In this document: positions 1 through 11,850 of the stretch, piece after piece
Layout of the letters: each line of letters starts with the position of its first letter
How positions within the stretch are numbered: position 1 is the stretch's first letter
NCBI RefSeq assembly: GCF_016433145.1
Contig: NC_058132.1
Coordinates: 104,922,455-104,986,454, forward strand
DNA from: Gracilinanus agilis
Lineage: Eukaryota
DNA length: 64,000 nucleotides
Reading direction: 5' to 3'
Program-made: the position numbers and the translations under genes
The notes under the pieces: generated by a model
Seen by the model: the letters and a program-made list of their open reading frames with translations, nothing else
What the model was told of the DNA's origin: nothing
Databases searched by the model: none

Positions 1-124
1 GCTCATTGATGGTGATGATAATAATAGTTAATAATCATTAAACAAATAATATTCAAAATAAATCTTTTATTATAATGTTCAAATATGATCAATATTTAAA
101 GCATTTAGCAATCTCTAGAAAAAT

Positions 125-335
125 AGCTATTTTTCATAAAAGGTTTGGCAAATATTTTACATATATTCTCTCATTTCATCCTCTCAACCATCCTGTAAGG
201 CACAATTATTATTATTATCCTTATTTTATACAATAAAGTAAGTCTGAGGAAGTTGGGTCTTTACCAGATCCCACAAAAAATGTCTGAAGAATTTAGACTC
301 GTCGTTCTAATCTCTAAACCTAGAGTTCAATACTG
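125..335 (-). mobile_element. MIR/CORE-SINE relic
   Basis: Degenerate MIR-type antisense pattern (tctcatttcatcctctcaaccatcctgtaagg...attatccttattttatac); boundaries approximate. Confidence 0.6.
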
Positions 336-834
336 TATATTAAGTTAATGTGGTGGTGACTGTTTTTACTCTCATCTCCATCATTATTATCACATGTGCT
401 TATCTTAGTTAGATATTAGAAAGTTCATATAAGAAATGTACCAGGACACATTGATATCCTGCTATTAATGTGGTATGCTTAAGATTATTCAGACTATCAC
501 TCAGATAGGCAAAATATCTGACTTTTGAAATTAAATCAAAGTATTTCGGTGGAAACTTGTGGCTATAGTTGCAGTACTAGACCAAGCTTACACAATGAAT
601 AGGTGGCATCATGATGCCTAATCTATTTCAGGCCTATCCTCCCAAATATCTCTTTGAGCAGAAGGGAGCGAGACAGTTGAAGATGAAAAGACAACTTTGG
701 AACAAAGGAAAGAGAGACAATAGAGAAGAGAGTAAATAAATTAACCATGTTTTGCAGAAATCTGCAGTGTTATTAGCCCTTTCCCAAAATCTTCAATTTG
801 AGGATGTTTTATAATCACATCAATTTGCTCTAGA

Positions 835-1035
835 AAGATAAAAAGGTAGAAAGACAAGATGGTTAGAAAGGGAAAAAAGGAATGAAGGCAGGAAGGAAGG
901 AGAGAAGGAGGGAGAGGGGAGATAAAATAGAAAAAAGAATGAAAAGGGAGAGTGAAAGTTAGGAATTGAGAGAAGAAAGGAAGAAAGAAAAACAAAAGAA
1001 AAGAAAATGAGACAGATACATGAAAAAGAAAACAA
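835..1035 (+). repeat. Purine-rich (GGAA/GAAA) low-complexity tract
   Basis: About 200 nt almost entirely A/G; source of the F/L/S-rich minus-strand ORFs at 741-1047. Confidence 0.9.
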
Positions 1036-1537
1036 TTTATAAATCAAGTATTTCCTTTACTACTTGATTTCTTTTTTTTTTGTTTGCTTCAGTCCCTAGG
1101 TAAAGGATTAAAAGAAGGAAAAAATCCTTAAAAATTACTGGTTGCTATAGTTAATGTAAAACATTTGTTTTAAACCAGATTGATAGAAAAATACAAAGTT
1201 TCAAAACCAGAATTTATACGTCACTGAAAAATAAGCCTCCAAAGAGCTTTTTTTCCAATAGACCTATTTTTCTTTCCTTCCTTAAACTTTATAGTTCATA
1301 TAAATTATTTCTTAGGTTGCCTTGTAAGAAAATTATGCATAGAATCTGAATTCATGTAGTTGGAATGTTTTAAGAATCATAAAAGATTCTGTCTTCTACT
1401 CTACTTTTCATTTTTTTTAAGGAGAAGTGATGGATGAGGCCCTTCTAGGAGAGAGTAAACTCTCGAGATTAAAAACACAACCTTAGAGAGAACCTCCCAA
1501 CTTTCCATATAAAGAAAATTCCATTATATGAAAAGTT

Positions 1538-1840
1538 TATTCATTTACCCATTTGTGTATTCAATAAACATTTATGAATAACTGCTTATGTTCAAAGCAC
1601 TGTGCTGAGTGCTAAGGTGACAATGAAAAATAAGACAAAATCTGTATCCACAAGGAAATAGATTAATCAAGTAGAAAGATAAGTATAATGAATTAGAAAA
1701 ATGTCCTAGAGGATTATAGAATGTTAGGATATTGAATCAGGAGATGACTTTCAGTTTGGGATTACAAATGACTTCTTGGAGGAGGTGTCATTTGAATTTG
1801 ATTCTTTGTGGATGAGTAGATGGTCAAATAGTAGAGATTG
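1538..1840 (-). mobile_element. L2 LINE 3' end relic
   Basis: attcaataaacatttat...gcactgtgctgagtgct and ggaggaggtgtcatttgaa, typical antisense L2 3' end. Confidence 0.7.
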
Positions 1841-3025
1841 CCAAAATTTCATTTTCAGAGTTATGAGCTAAGATGAAACACCTGGGTTTTTCTTACTAAT
1901 GCACTTCCTTGACAAGTTTTCCTAAATGTGTACCCACTTTTCTACATATATACTGCAGACATTTGTGGGAGACTGCAACTCAAATATGCATGGATTTTGA
2001 TTTATATAATATTTGTTTATTTGCTTAAACATATGAACATTTTTGCTATTATTTCTTTGTTTTTTGTTTTTAACTTAATTGTTAAGTTTAACATTTAATT
2101 GTGTCATTATGTAGCTGGTTAGTTTTGTAAATAACAATGCATCTAAGGAGTCCCTAGACTTTGATTCTATTACCCCTAAACAAGATTTACCTTCCAACCC
2201 TGAAAATATCTGTTTAACTGCAGAGATCTCTTTATGATCTCTGATAAGGACAGTTTAGTTGATAAGGAAATAAGGAGAAGACAAGGGAAATGTCTTTTAC
2301 TTCAGGCTTCCAGCTCTGGCTCCAGGAGCATGGAGTTTATTATATATATTTCAAGACTCATTTCACACAAAAGAACCCCCCCCCGAAACTTTGCAGATGC
2401 GCAGAAGTTACAAATTATGTCACATCAAAACACAAAACACTGGCTTCAGAATAGACCAAGGCCAAGGCTGAATTTTTACTAGGTTCTTATCAGAAAGCCA
2501 AGTTGGGGAGTATCTTGGCCTTAGCTATAACAGGCAGCAGCATTCCTTGCTGTGTTAACAGTGTTAACCCTTTAAATTCAGGTTTGATAGGAACTTAAAG
2601 CTCTTCAATAAGGCCACAATACTTTTCAACAAGAAATCACAAGGATCACAAAAGGGGTCAAAAGAGGAGTCTCATATTTTTATCTATTTTCTTATTGGCT
2701 TCCCACATATAACCTCCCACAGATGTACATTTCTTTGTAAATATGTGTGAGAGAAAATTAGAATAAGTGAGAAGCTATATTTTTATGTAGATAAGAGGTA
2801 TGAGGAACTACTATAGTATGTAAATACATGCACTTACCTCTCATTCTAATAAATGATGCAGTATTAGGACTAATAATTATACATTGTATTGGATTGTGAC
2901 ATTTTCTAGTATTTCAGAGAAGCTGTAACTACTTATCACCTCTCTTGATTAACCATTCTCTTTCTCTTTATTTCTATTAATTCCATCTTTCTTTGCAGTG
3001 AACTTTTGAATTCCACTTACTGTCA

Positions 3026-3661
3026 TAGTCATCCCTCCCTATATCGCAATTCACTTGTCACAGCTTCACTTTATCGCAGGTTTTAAAATATATATATATA
3101 TATAATTCTGTATCACTGAGTTTTCACTACATCAAGGGATTTTGCAGATGAATACTGTACTACAACAGTGGAAATGTAGTGTGCCACTACCACTTGGGTA
3201 AGTTTGCCTAAGTGAGATTGTACAGGGCACATTATTGACTGATATAATGAAAGGCGACCAACCACAGCTCTCTGTTCTTTATCCAGGGTGCTGATTGGCT
3301 TAGTGACTGTAGGTTAATAAGAGTGTGGAAAAGGTTTATAGCAGTGGTTCCCAAACATTTTTGGCCTACTGCCCCCTTTCCAGAAAACATATTATTAGCA
3401 CCCCTGGAAATTAATTTTTTTAAATTTTAATAGCAATTAATAGGAACGATAAATGCACCTGTGGCCATCACCTCTTTCCTGGATCGCTGCAGCACCCACC
3501 AGGGGGCGGTGGTGCCCACTTTGGGAATCACTGGTTTATAGGAGAGTGGGAAAGGTTTATAAAGCCTTAAATATATATATAAATATAGTGTTATTTTGCA
3601 GATTTACACCTATTGTGGGTGTCTCTGGAATGTAAATCCCACAATAGGTGAGGGATCACTG
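3026..3661. mobile_element. Tigger-like (Tc1/mariner) non-autonomous DNA transposon, interrupted by a hAT MITE
   Basis: Imperfect terminal inverted repeats tagtcatccctc (3026) / gagggatcactg (to 3661), right end followed by TA; subterminal hairpin 3607-3650. Confidence 0.7.
3342..3533. mobile_element. hAT MITE, family A (192 bp; termini CAGTGGTTCCCAAA / TTTGGGAATCACTG)
   Basis: Terminal inverted repeats and perfect 8-bp TSD gtttatag at 3334-3341 and 3534-3541. Confidence 0.93.
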
Positions 3662-4969
3662 TATTGTGAAAGATATGAACAATTAATATATGACAATATA
3701 TTAATGAGTTCATGTTATAGTGGGTTTAAACATTGAATCTATATTCAAGGAAACCTGGTTCAATTCTTGATTCTATCATTATCTAGGTGTGTGATCTAGA
3801 AAACTCAGTAAACCTCACTAAAAATCAATTCATTTATTAAAAAAAAAAGGAGGATGTGGATCTCAATTGCTAGTATCTCTCTTATTTTCTTTTAGAGACA
3901 GCATGAAATGTGTAAAGGGAAGAGCAGTGAACTTTGAGCCAATGTCACTGTGCTAACCCCACAGTTTTCTTACTGTCAACCTAGACAAATTATTTTAATT
4001 CTTAGCTTCAAGTTCCACAATTAAGTTATTTTATATAATTTTACAAACTTCAAATGAATAGTTTAAATTGAATGATTATTTCTAATAATATCATTAATCA
4101 ATCAATTTGAAGGAGGTAGTTTGATATCTTTTTACTATTTTTTTAGTTTAATTTGTGTAACTCTCATTTTCAGACTGAGTTTTGTTGTCATGTATGACAA
4201 GTGAGGAAATATATATATAGTCCAATGCTCTCATGTTATAAAGGAGGAAACTGAGGCAAAGTATTTAATGATTTTAAACTTTGTTGCTACAAATCCCAGA
4301 TTTTGAGCAATAATATTAATGGCTAGATAATGCTTTAAGTTTGGTTTTTCACATAATATATATATATATATATGTACATATACATATGTATACACATACA
4401 TATATACATGATATACATTATGCCATTTTGACTCAATAATAACCCTCTGAAATAGGTGTTGTTATTATGCCATTTTATAGATGGGGGGAGGGAAGAGTTT
4501 AAATTGTTTATCCAGATCCATTCAGTTAATACATTTCTGAATTAGAATTTGAACTAGGTAATTCTAAGCCCTGGTCTCTCTCCTCTTGGTTTTCTACCTG
4601 TTAATGGGAATATCTTCATTTTCCTGATGTTAAATAGCTACAAATTATGGAACACCAAAAATCCAGGAAGAATTAAAATTGTAAGCTAAAAAGGGACAAT
4701 GGAAAAGTGTAGTGAGTTAAGTATATTGTAGCTCATTGCTAAAGATGACTTAGGTATAAGAATTAAAATTATAAAAAATGATAGCAAGTCTTATATGAGT
4801 AGAAAAGTACACAAGCCATTTCTATAGTCAAAGTAAAGGAGTCATCTGGGGAGTCCAAAGCCCCAGTCCAGTGCTGGCTGGTACAAATCTAAATTTAAAA
4901 ACAAAAAAAGAAGTATTTTTAAGGCAGGGAATAAATAACTTGTTGAGGGTTTACATTAAGACATAAACA

Positions 4970-5160
4970 GGAGGTTAGCTAGGTGGCTGAGTGAAAAGAG
5001 AGCCAGGTCCTCCGTTCCAATCTAACCTCATCTACATCCTAACTCTGTGACTCTGGGCAAATCACTTAATCCCCATTGCCTAGAACTTACTACTTTTCTG
5101 TCTTCAAATTAATACACAATATTTATACTAAGATGGAAGGTAAAAGTTTTTTTTACAAAA
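4970..5160 (+). mobile_element. Opossum SINE1-type tRNA-derived SINE (degenerate)
   Basis: Head ctaggtggctgagtg, core ctgtgactctgggcaaatcacttaatccccattgcctag, tail taagatggaaggtaaaag. Confidence 0.8.
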
Positions 5161-6134
5161 GAAGAAAAACATTAGTTCTACAGTTGAGCACAGATATTTC
5201 TGAAACTCCTGCTTTTTGAACCTTTAGAAAACTTTTTTTTCTCTTGTGTAAACGTGGTTCCAGATTCTGTAAATAATATTTCCTCTTATGGGTTCAAAAA
5301 TCTTTCAGGTGTCCCTTCATTCAGCAAATCCTTCTGATTAATCTTTAAATGAATCGGAGCTTTGTAATCTGGATGTTCAATATTTCTCATTTATATGTCT
5401 CAATTTGTAACATGGTCTTTTATCTTAATTAACGTAATGAGGCCCAGGTGTGGAGTGAATAGGAGTCTTATATAAATAAGCAATGCTTCCTATCTTTACT
5501 GTTTATTGTATTATTCACTCTTTAAAGCTTTGGGGAATAGAACTTATATAAGATGCCACAGAAAATAAAACCGTTTTACTACTAATGTATTCATTATAGC
5601 ATCCCCCAAGGCTTCAATGAGACCACACTGAGAATACTGAATATAGTCTCAGAACAAGGAGAGTAAGAAGATTGCGATACACTGGTGGTAACACATTGAA
5701 AAGTTGCAAAGATTGATTTATGAAGGAATGTGAATGGAAAAGTATGTATTGCCAAAGCATGAAACTGCTAAACAGCTAAGTGGGGGACCAGAAAGAATAT
5801 AAGAATGATTTTCTATATATTTGGAGAACACGAACACCAAAGGAAGTAGTGAGAAATTGTGCAGATTGATGCAGGAAGGTAAAAATAGAAGCAATATGAT
5901 GGGATTATGAAATGGAAACTTAAGATAGTCTCTGAAGAAAGAGCACAAATGCAAGTGCTGATTACAGTGTGGAAAGCTCCCAGAAAACAGATGTGAGGGA
6001 AGCCTGTTTGCTTCAATCATTTAAAATTAGACTAAAAGAAGCACTTTATAGAAAAAATAACTTTGACTTGAAAAAAAGACATGTTTACTCTGTATCCCTA
6101 GCAATTTTATTCTCCTTTCTGTAATATTTTTTAA

Positions 6135-6430
6135 TCTTAGGATAGGAAGCTACTTTAGTGATCAATTAGTCCAAATTCCACCCCTCCACTACAATGAAGG
6201 AATCAGATTCACAGCATTCCTGACAAATGATCATCCAGCCTCTACTTGCATACCTTCCACAGGTAAGACAGCAGCCCATTGTGTTGCTAGATTATTCTAT
6301 TTGCTATTGTAGGTTTTTTTTTTTAAATGACTTTGTTTTATTTTCTTCTACCCTTTGGTAAACCTTGGTCAAAGCCTTCCACCTTATAATTTCCTAGCAT
6401 CAATACTAATTCTATCCTTTTGTTTTTTCT
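6135..6430 (-). mobile_element. L3/CR1 3' relic
   Basis: agcattcctgacaaatgatcatccagcctctacttgcataccttcc resembles antisense CR1 3' end. Confidence 0.55.
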
Positions 6431-6628
6431 TTTGTGCTAACCATTTAAAGAGATTGTGATAAAATAGAAATTGTGATAAAATCGAATGTAATCGAAACAG
6501 TTTCCCCTAAATGAAAGTGTTTCTCCTCCATATCTTTTTTCTTAGAATAGGTACTTTTCCTGGAGCTCTCTTTTGTCCCTAAAGCATCTAAATGGCATAG
6601 TGGATAAAGGCCAATGAGATATTTTCTG

Positions 6629-6877
6629 TGGTGGCTCAGTCATTTCCTATTATTTCTGACTCTTTGTTACTCCATTTAGTGTTTTCTTGAAAAAGATACT
6701 ACAGTGATCTGCCATTTCTTTCTCCATCTCATTTTACAGATAAGGGAACTGAGACAAAGTTAAATCACTTGCTAAAGGTCACATAGCTAACAAGTGTTTG
6801 AGGCCAAATTTGAACTCAATAAGACTCTTCTTGACACTAGGTCCAGCACTCTATCTACTGGACCAGCAAGCTGCCCC
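6629..6877 (-). mobile_element. MAR1-type marsupial SINE
   Basis: RTE-derived tail (gttttcttgaaaaagatact...gccatttctttctcca), CORE and tRNA head ending gctgcccc. Confidence 0.8.
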
Positions 6878-7099
6878 TTGTATCAACTACCTGCCCCTGT
6901 TTCAGTAGTTCTCTTATATCCCTATCAGTCTATACTTGGAATTCGTTGAATGTTTTAAGTTTTAAATGTCTATCCTCCACCCTTGCTCCACAGATTATGA
7001 CCTCCCTGAAAAAGTCTTTGAGTCAGATTTCACTGATAAAATTTCACATTTAAAAAAAAAAAAAAGCTGAGTCAAATTTATGAGAATGAGATATTTCCT

Positions 7100-7970
7100 A
7101 AAAGATAAAGGATAGGAATAGGTGATTTTCAAAGGAAGAATTCTATGCTACCAAGAATCATGCAAAATCTTCTAAAACACTAATAATTAGAGAAGTGCAA
7201 ATTAAAACAACTCCGAAGTTCTCTCTTACCCACATGTAACTTCAAAGCCAGGAAATAAGTATACTACTGGTAGAACAGTGGATTGGTCCAGCCTTTCTGG
7301 AAGCAATTTGTTTCTATGCCCCCAAGTTGTTAAGCTATATATATTCACTGATATATTTTATGGGGATATATATATATATTCAAATATATTTATATTTGAC
7401 TAGGGTAATGAGAAAAAATTTAGAAAAAGACATGTGGTCAAAAATACTTATAGCAGATATTTTCAAAGAATCCCCAAATTCAAAACTAAGGGTTCATCCT
7501 TTTTTTGAGGGGAAGGTAATATGGCTTAAAAATTAGATTGTTTGCATGTAATGGCCATAATTTTACCATAAGCAAAGATGAATTGGACCATGTCATAAGA
7601 AACCAGAAAAACTTTTGTGAATTACTACAGGGAAAAATGAAAAGAACTCAGAGAATGAATTATATAATGACAACGTTATAAAGAAAACAGCTTTGAAAGT
7701 TAGAAATCTGATGAATGTAATAATAAGCCTGAAATCTAAAACAAGAAGGTTGAAACACACCCCTTACCTCCTCTCAGATCTGTGCTGATATTATACTGCA
7801 GAGATATGTACATTTTTGGATATGGCTTATATGAGAATTTACTTGGCAAAAAAATGTTATAGAGAGATTTGTTTTACTTTTTTTTGGAGGGCATGTCTTT
7901 ATTCACTGAGAGGGCAATAGAAAAGAAGAAATTTAAATAAATATAAAAATAAGTAATTTATTTAAAATAA
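7100..7970 (+). mobile_element. Old L1 ORF2-end/3'UTR fragment
   Basis: ctaataattagagaagtgcaaattaaaacaact (L1 ORF2 C-terminal IREMQIKTT-like) followed by degenerate 3'UTR. Confidence 0.75.
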
Positions 7971-9683
7971 TTTTAATATGCTACTAAGTGCAGTGGAGAG
8001 AATATTGGATTTAGAGTCAGGAAGACCTGCATGCAAATTTGGCCTCTGACAATTAATAGCTATGTGGTCCTGGGAAAGTCCCAATTATTTTTCTAATTTT
8101 TGTCATACATAAAATGGAGATAGCAGCTCCTAATAAGAAATGATATTTACAAAAAGGTTATATAATAGCTAGTTATTACTAATTACATATATGATTATGT
8201 ATATTTGTATAAACCTATATGTTATATAAATGTGCATATATTGATAGATAATATAACCTTACTGGAATAGACAGTATTTCTGATTTTTATGCTACTTTGT
8301 TTTTTCCCTTGCTGGGTAGAGTTTTCTACAGAAAGTATCAGAAGATTCTCAAAGTTGGAAAGAATCTCAAAGAGCATATGATACTACATATAGCTGAAGA
8401 AAAGCTTCTCTATTACTCTTGACAGAACAAAATAAGATCTATAATTTTATTAAAAAACCCTTTAGAATATATGTATACCTCTCGATATGTATATATATGT
8501 GATATGTATGTATAATTGTTATTAATGTAGCTGACACTTCTAATACTATTTTGCCTATTTTTTCTAAATTTTCTAAATATTTATACATATACACATATGT
8601 ATATATGTATGTATATATACATGTATATATATTTAGGATGTAGTTGAATAGATTTGCTTTCCTAGACAATGAGAAAAGATACTTCATACCTATTCATTAC
8701 CTATCAATAATATCCCATGGACTGATATGTGGAATGATAATATATACAAATAGCTGAGTAGACACTTAAAATATTTGTGAAAAATGAATACCAGATTCCC
8801 TTATGTATGAGTTAGGTATAAATTGATATCTAAAATAGGATGTGACAAATTTAATTCCAAAATATTTTATTAAATGCATACTGTGTGTAGCTCTAAATTT
8901 GGTGCTAAGGATATATATATATATAAACAAAACAGAAAAACAGAAAGAACAGAAATAAAATATTTCCTATCTTCAAGAAGTTTAATTATCTTGTAGGATA
9001 CACACGATTACAAGTGAAACAATTTACAAGCTATCAAATTTTATAAATCTCAAATAATCAGTCATTGCTCACACCTAAATGTATGAACTTATATATGTCA
9101 ACTTCAAACTTTGTGTGTTTTTTTTAGACTACTATGTATAATGAACTGAAATTCAACAATCATTTAGTACCAATTTTGATGCAGGCCTAGGATGATAGAC
9201 TTCAAATTTGACAGAAAATGTAACCTAGACTAAATGTTCATTTCATGGATGACAAAACTGAGTTCCAAAAGGGAGGAGTGTTTTTCCCTGTTCACACACA
9301 ATTATGACCTGTAAGAATTCTAATTCTCACTCAGATTCTATAACTCCAAATTCAACCTGTTATATGATAGTTTCCTCTTCCTTCCCTTTGTCCCTAGAAA
9401 GAGAATTCAGAACTCATTCAAACTACTGATCTCAGCCACAGGAAATCTCAGTCACAGGGAGGCACCGATCTATTAATTAATACATTCTGAAGGATCTCAG
9501 CAATAATAGACTGCTAGAACTCTTTGAAGAAACAATTTACACATATATTAATCCAAGATCTGGTAAAGACAGAAGAAACCGACACTTTGTCCATATGTTC
9601 CATAATGCCTCCATAATGTTCTATTTTGCAGTAGGGACTTGCTTCTAGATGTCTAGTGAAATATGTATCTAAAAGATACTTGG

Positions 9684-10338
9684 TGATATAGGGGATTTCA
9701 GATAGTCAAAGAATAAATGTTAGGACTAATAATCAGAAGTAACTGAAAGTTTGGGAAGGCCAACAGGATAAATCTAACAGGATACCCAAATGATATTAAC
9801 AGGGTTTATTTAAGGTAAGAGAAAGAAGGGAAGGGAAGGGAATTGGGATGATCTAACTAAAGCCAATAAATAAAACTCCCACCAAATCCAGTTGTTATCT
9901 TCTTAAAGTTGGTATCTGCTCTATCAATAATATCTCTGCCTAAAAGTCCAATTCCTACAATACATTCACTTCACTAACCAAATTTCCCCTCTTAGATGGT
10001 GAATAGATTTGGAAAGGTTGGAGGGTAAGCAGGAACAAGGGCTCAAAGGGAAAGGATCTCACTGACAGATGGCTTTAGATGTCTCTAGCAGCTCTGTAGG
10101 AATATCTCAATCAGAAACAACCAGATACACACACAGAGGAACACAGGAACATAATTGTATCAGAAGGACAGCCACAAGAAAGGGAGAAATCATCAAACTC
10201 ACATGGTCCACCCAGTCTCTCCAGATTTCAACTGTTCCCAGAACAAAGCTCACACTGTCACTTCCCTAGAATTCTGGAATCTTCCTGCTTTTCTGCCTTT
10301 CCAGCAACTCCTGCTCATTTCCTTATTTCCTTATAACA
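9684..10338 (-). mobile_element. Probable solo LTR (655 bp)
   Basis: Termini tgatatagg / ccttataaca (imperfect inverted, TG..CA); flanks cttgg / ctagg (4 of 5 match); AATAAA on minus strand at 9805-9810. Confidence 0.6.
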
Positions 10339-11104
10339 CTAGGCATCTAGAAAGGGGTTTCGGTGTGTATATTTCCTATCCATTTCTTCTTACTTATTGA
10401 CCTGACTCCTTTTCTAGTCTTCCAGTTCCATGATTCATTTCATTTCCAGTCAATTCAACCAGTATTTAAGTGCTAAGCTCACCAAACTTCTAAGTGTCAG
10501 AGACACTTAATATATAATAAATAAATCCTTCCAACAAGATACTTATATTCTATTAAGCAAAACAATATGGAAACAGAGAATTAAGTGCAAAAAATATACA
10601 AAATAAATACAATAGAATTCTAAAAATAAGCTCTAATATCCTAACAAATGCATAAAATCCATCAAAATGAAGCCACTTCTATTTATTTGCTAGACTATGA
10701 TAGGTCAAAAGAATACTAGTAAAATAAATGATTAAATTTCCTACTTTCAAGAAGCATATATCTGATAGGGGTTGATAATATTGGCATTGAGGGAGATTAA
10801 AGAAAAAAATACAGATAGTTAAATATAAAGGTAATTAGAGAAGAAGGGCACTAGTATTTGAAGGGATTGGAAAAGATATAATAAACATTGTGCTTGAGCT
10901 GTATCTGGAAGGCATGAACAGTGCAAAGGAATAAGGACAGAAGCTGGAAACATCACAAAGCTTCTTTTAAGAAGTGGTACTTGACCTGAACTACAAAGGG
11001 AAATTCCCTATTTCACAGTTCAGCAAACTGGGGCAAAGAGAGGTTAAGTGATTTGCACAACGTCAAACAACTAGTGAATTTCTGATACTTCCAGGCATAG
11101 GGAT

Positions 11105-11850
11105 CACTTGTTCAAATGGAAAGTCCTATATGAGACTATCCAGGAGGAGAAACTATGTACAAAAATATATTTATAACATCTCTTTTTAAAAAAACCCTTA
11201 CCTTCCATCTTAGAATCAATACTGTGTATTAGTACTAAAAGAGCAGTAAGGGCTAGGGAATAGGGGTTAAGTGACTTGTCCAGGATCACACAGCTAGGAA
11301 ATATCTGAAGTCAGATTTGATTCTGGGTTTTACTCTCAATCCACTGAATCACCTACCTGCCCCCTTATAACATCTCTTTTGGTAATGGCAAAGGATTGGA
11401 AAATAAGAAAGAACTGAAATTTCTAATGTTTTCATTAACTGAAGAAAGGCTAAACAAATCATGCTGATATAATGGGAAATTATTTTACCATTATGTTTTA
11501 GACAAAATCTGGGAAGAATTTATGAATTGATATAGCATGAAATAAGTAGGATCAGAGGGGAAAATAGGCAAGTATGACTTTTTAAAGTCAATCAACATTA
11601 AAGGAATTCAGAATTTTGATTAATACAATCAATACTCTCAATTCCAAAGAAATCATGATGAGTCAAAAATGTCCTGACAGAGGTGAGGGATGAAACATAA
11701 TGAATAATGTACATTTTTTGGACATGGTCAACAAGGGAATTTGTTTTACTTGACTATACATATTTGTATTAAAGTTTTGAGTTTTTTTCTCTTTTTCAGT
11801 TGGGTGTAAGGAGAAAAAAATAAATGCTTTTCAAAGAAATGGGGGAAAGA
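11105..11850 (+). mobile_element. Old L1 3' fragment, split by a SINE
   Basis: tatgtacaaaaatatatttataacatctctttt|ggtaatggcaaaggattggaaa rejoins across the SINE. Confidence 0.7.
11187..11364 (-). mobile_element. Opossum SINE1-type SINE
   Basis: Perfect 16-bp TSD ttataacatctctttt at 11171-11186 and 11365-11380; tail aaacccttaccttccatcttagaatcaatac. Confidence 0.92.

Noticed and set aside
3342-3533. Assignment of any of the MITEs to SPIN
   Set aside because: None has the CAGYGGTTCTCAACCT terminus I associate with SPIN; family names were left unassigned
5178-5390. Minus frame MRNIEHPDYKAPIHLKINQKDLLNEGTPERFLNP*EEILFTESGTTFTQEKKKFSKGSKSRSFRNICAQL*, with a faint GL...DH...HP...R.LN resemblance to filovirus NP (marsupials do carry NP-like elements)
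   Set aside because: Spacing to the conserved GEYAPFARLLN block is off by about 8 residues, several stops lie just upstream, and there are no splice signals; likely chance. A tblastn/blastx search would settle it.
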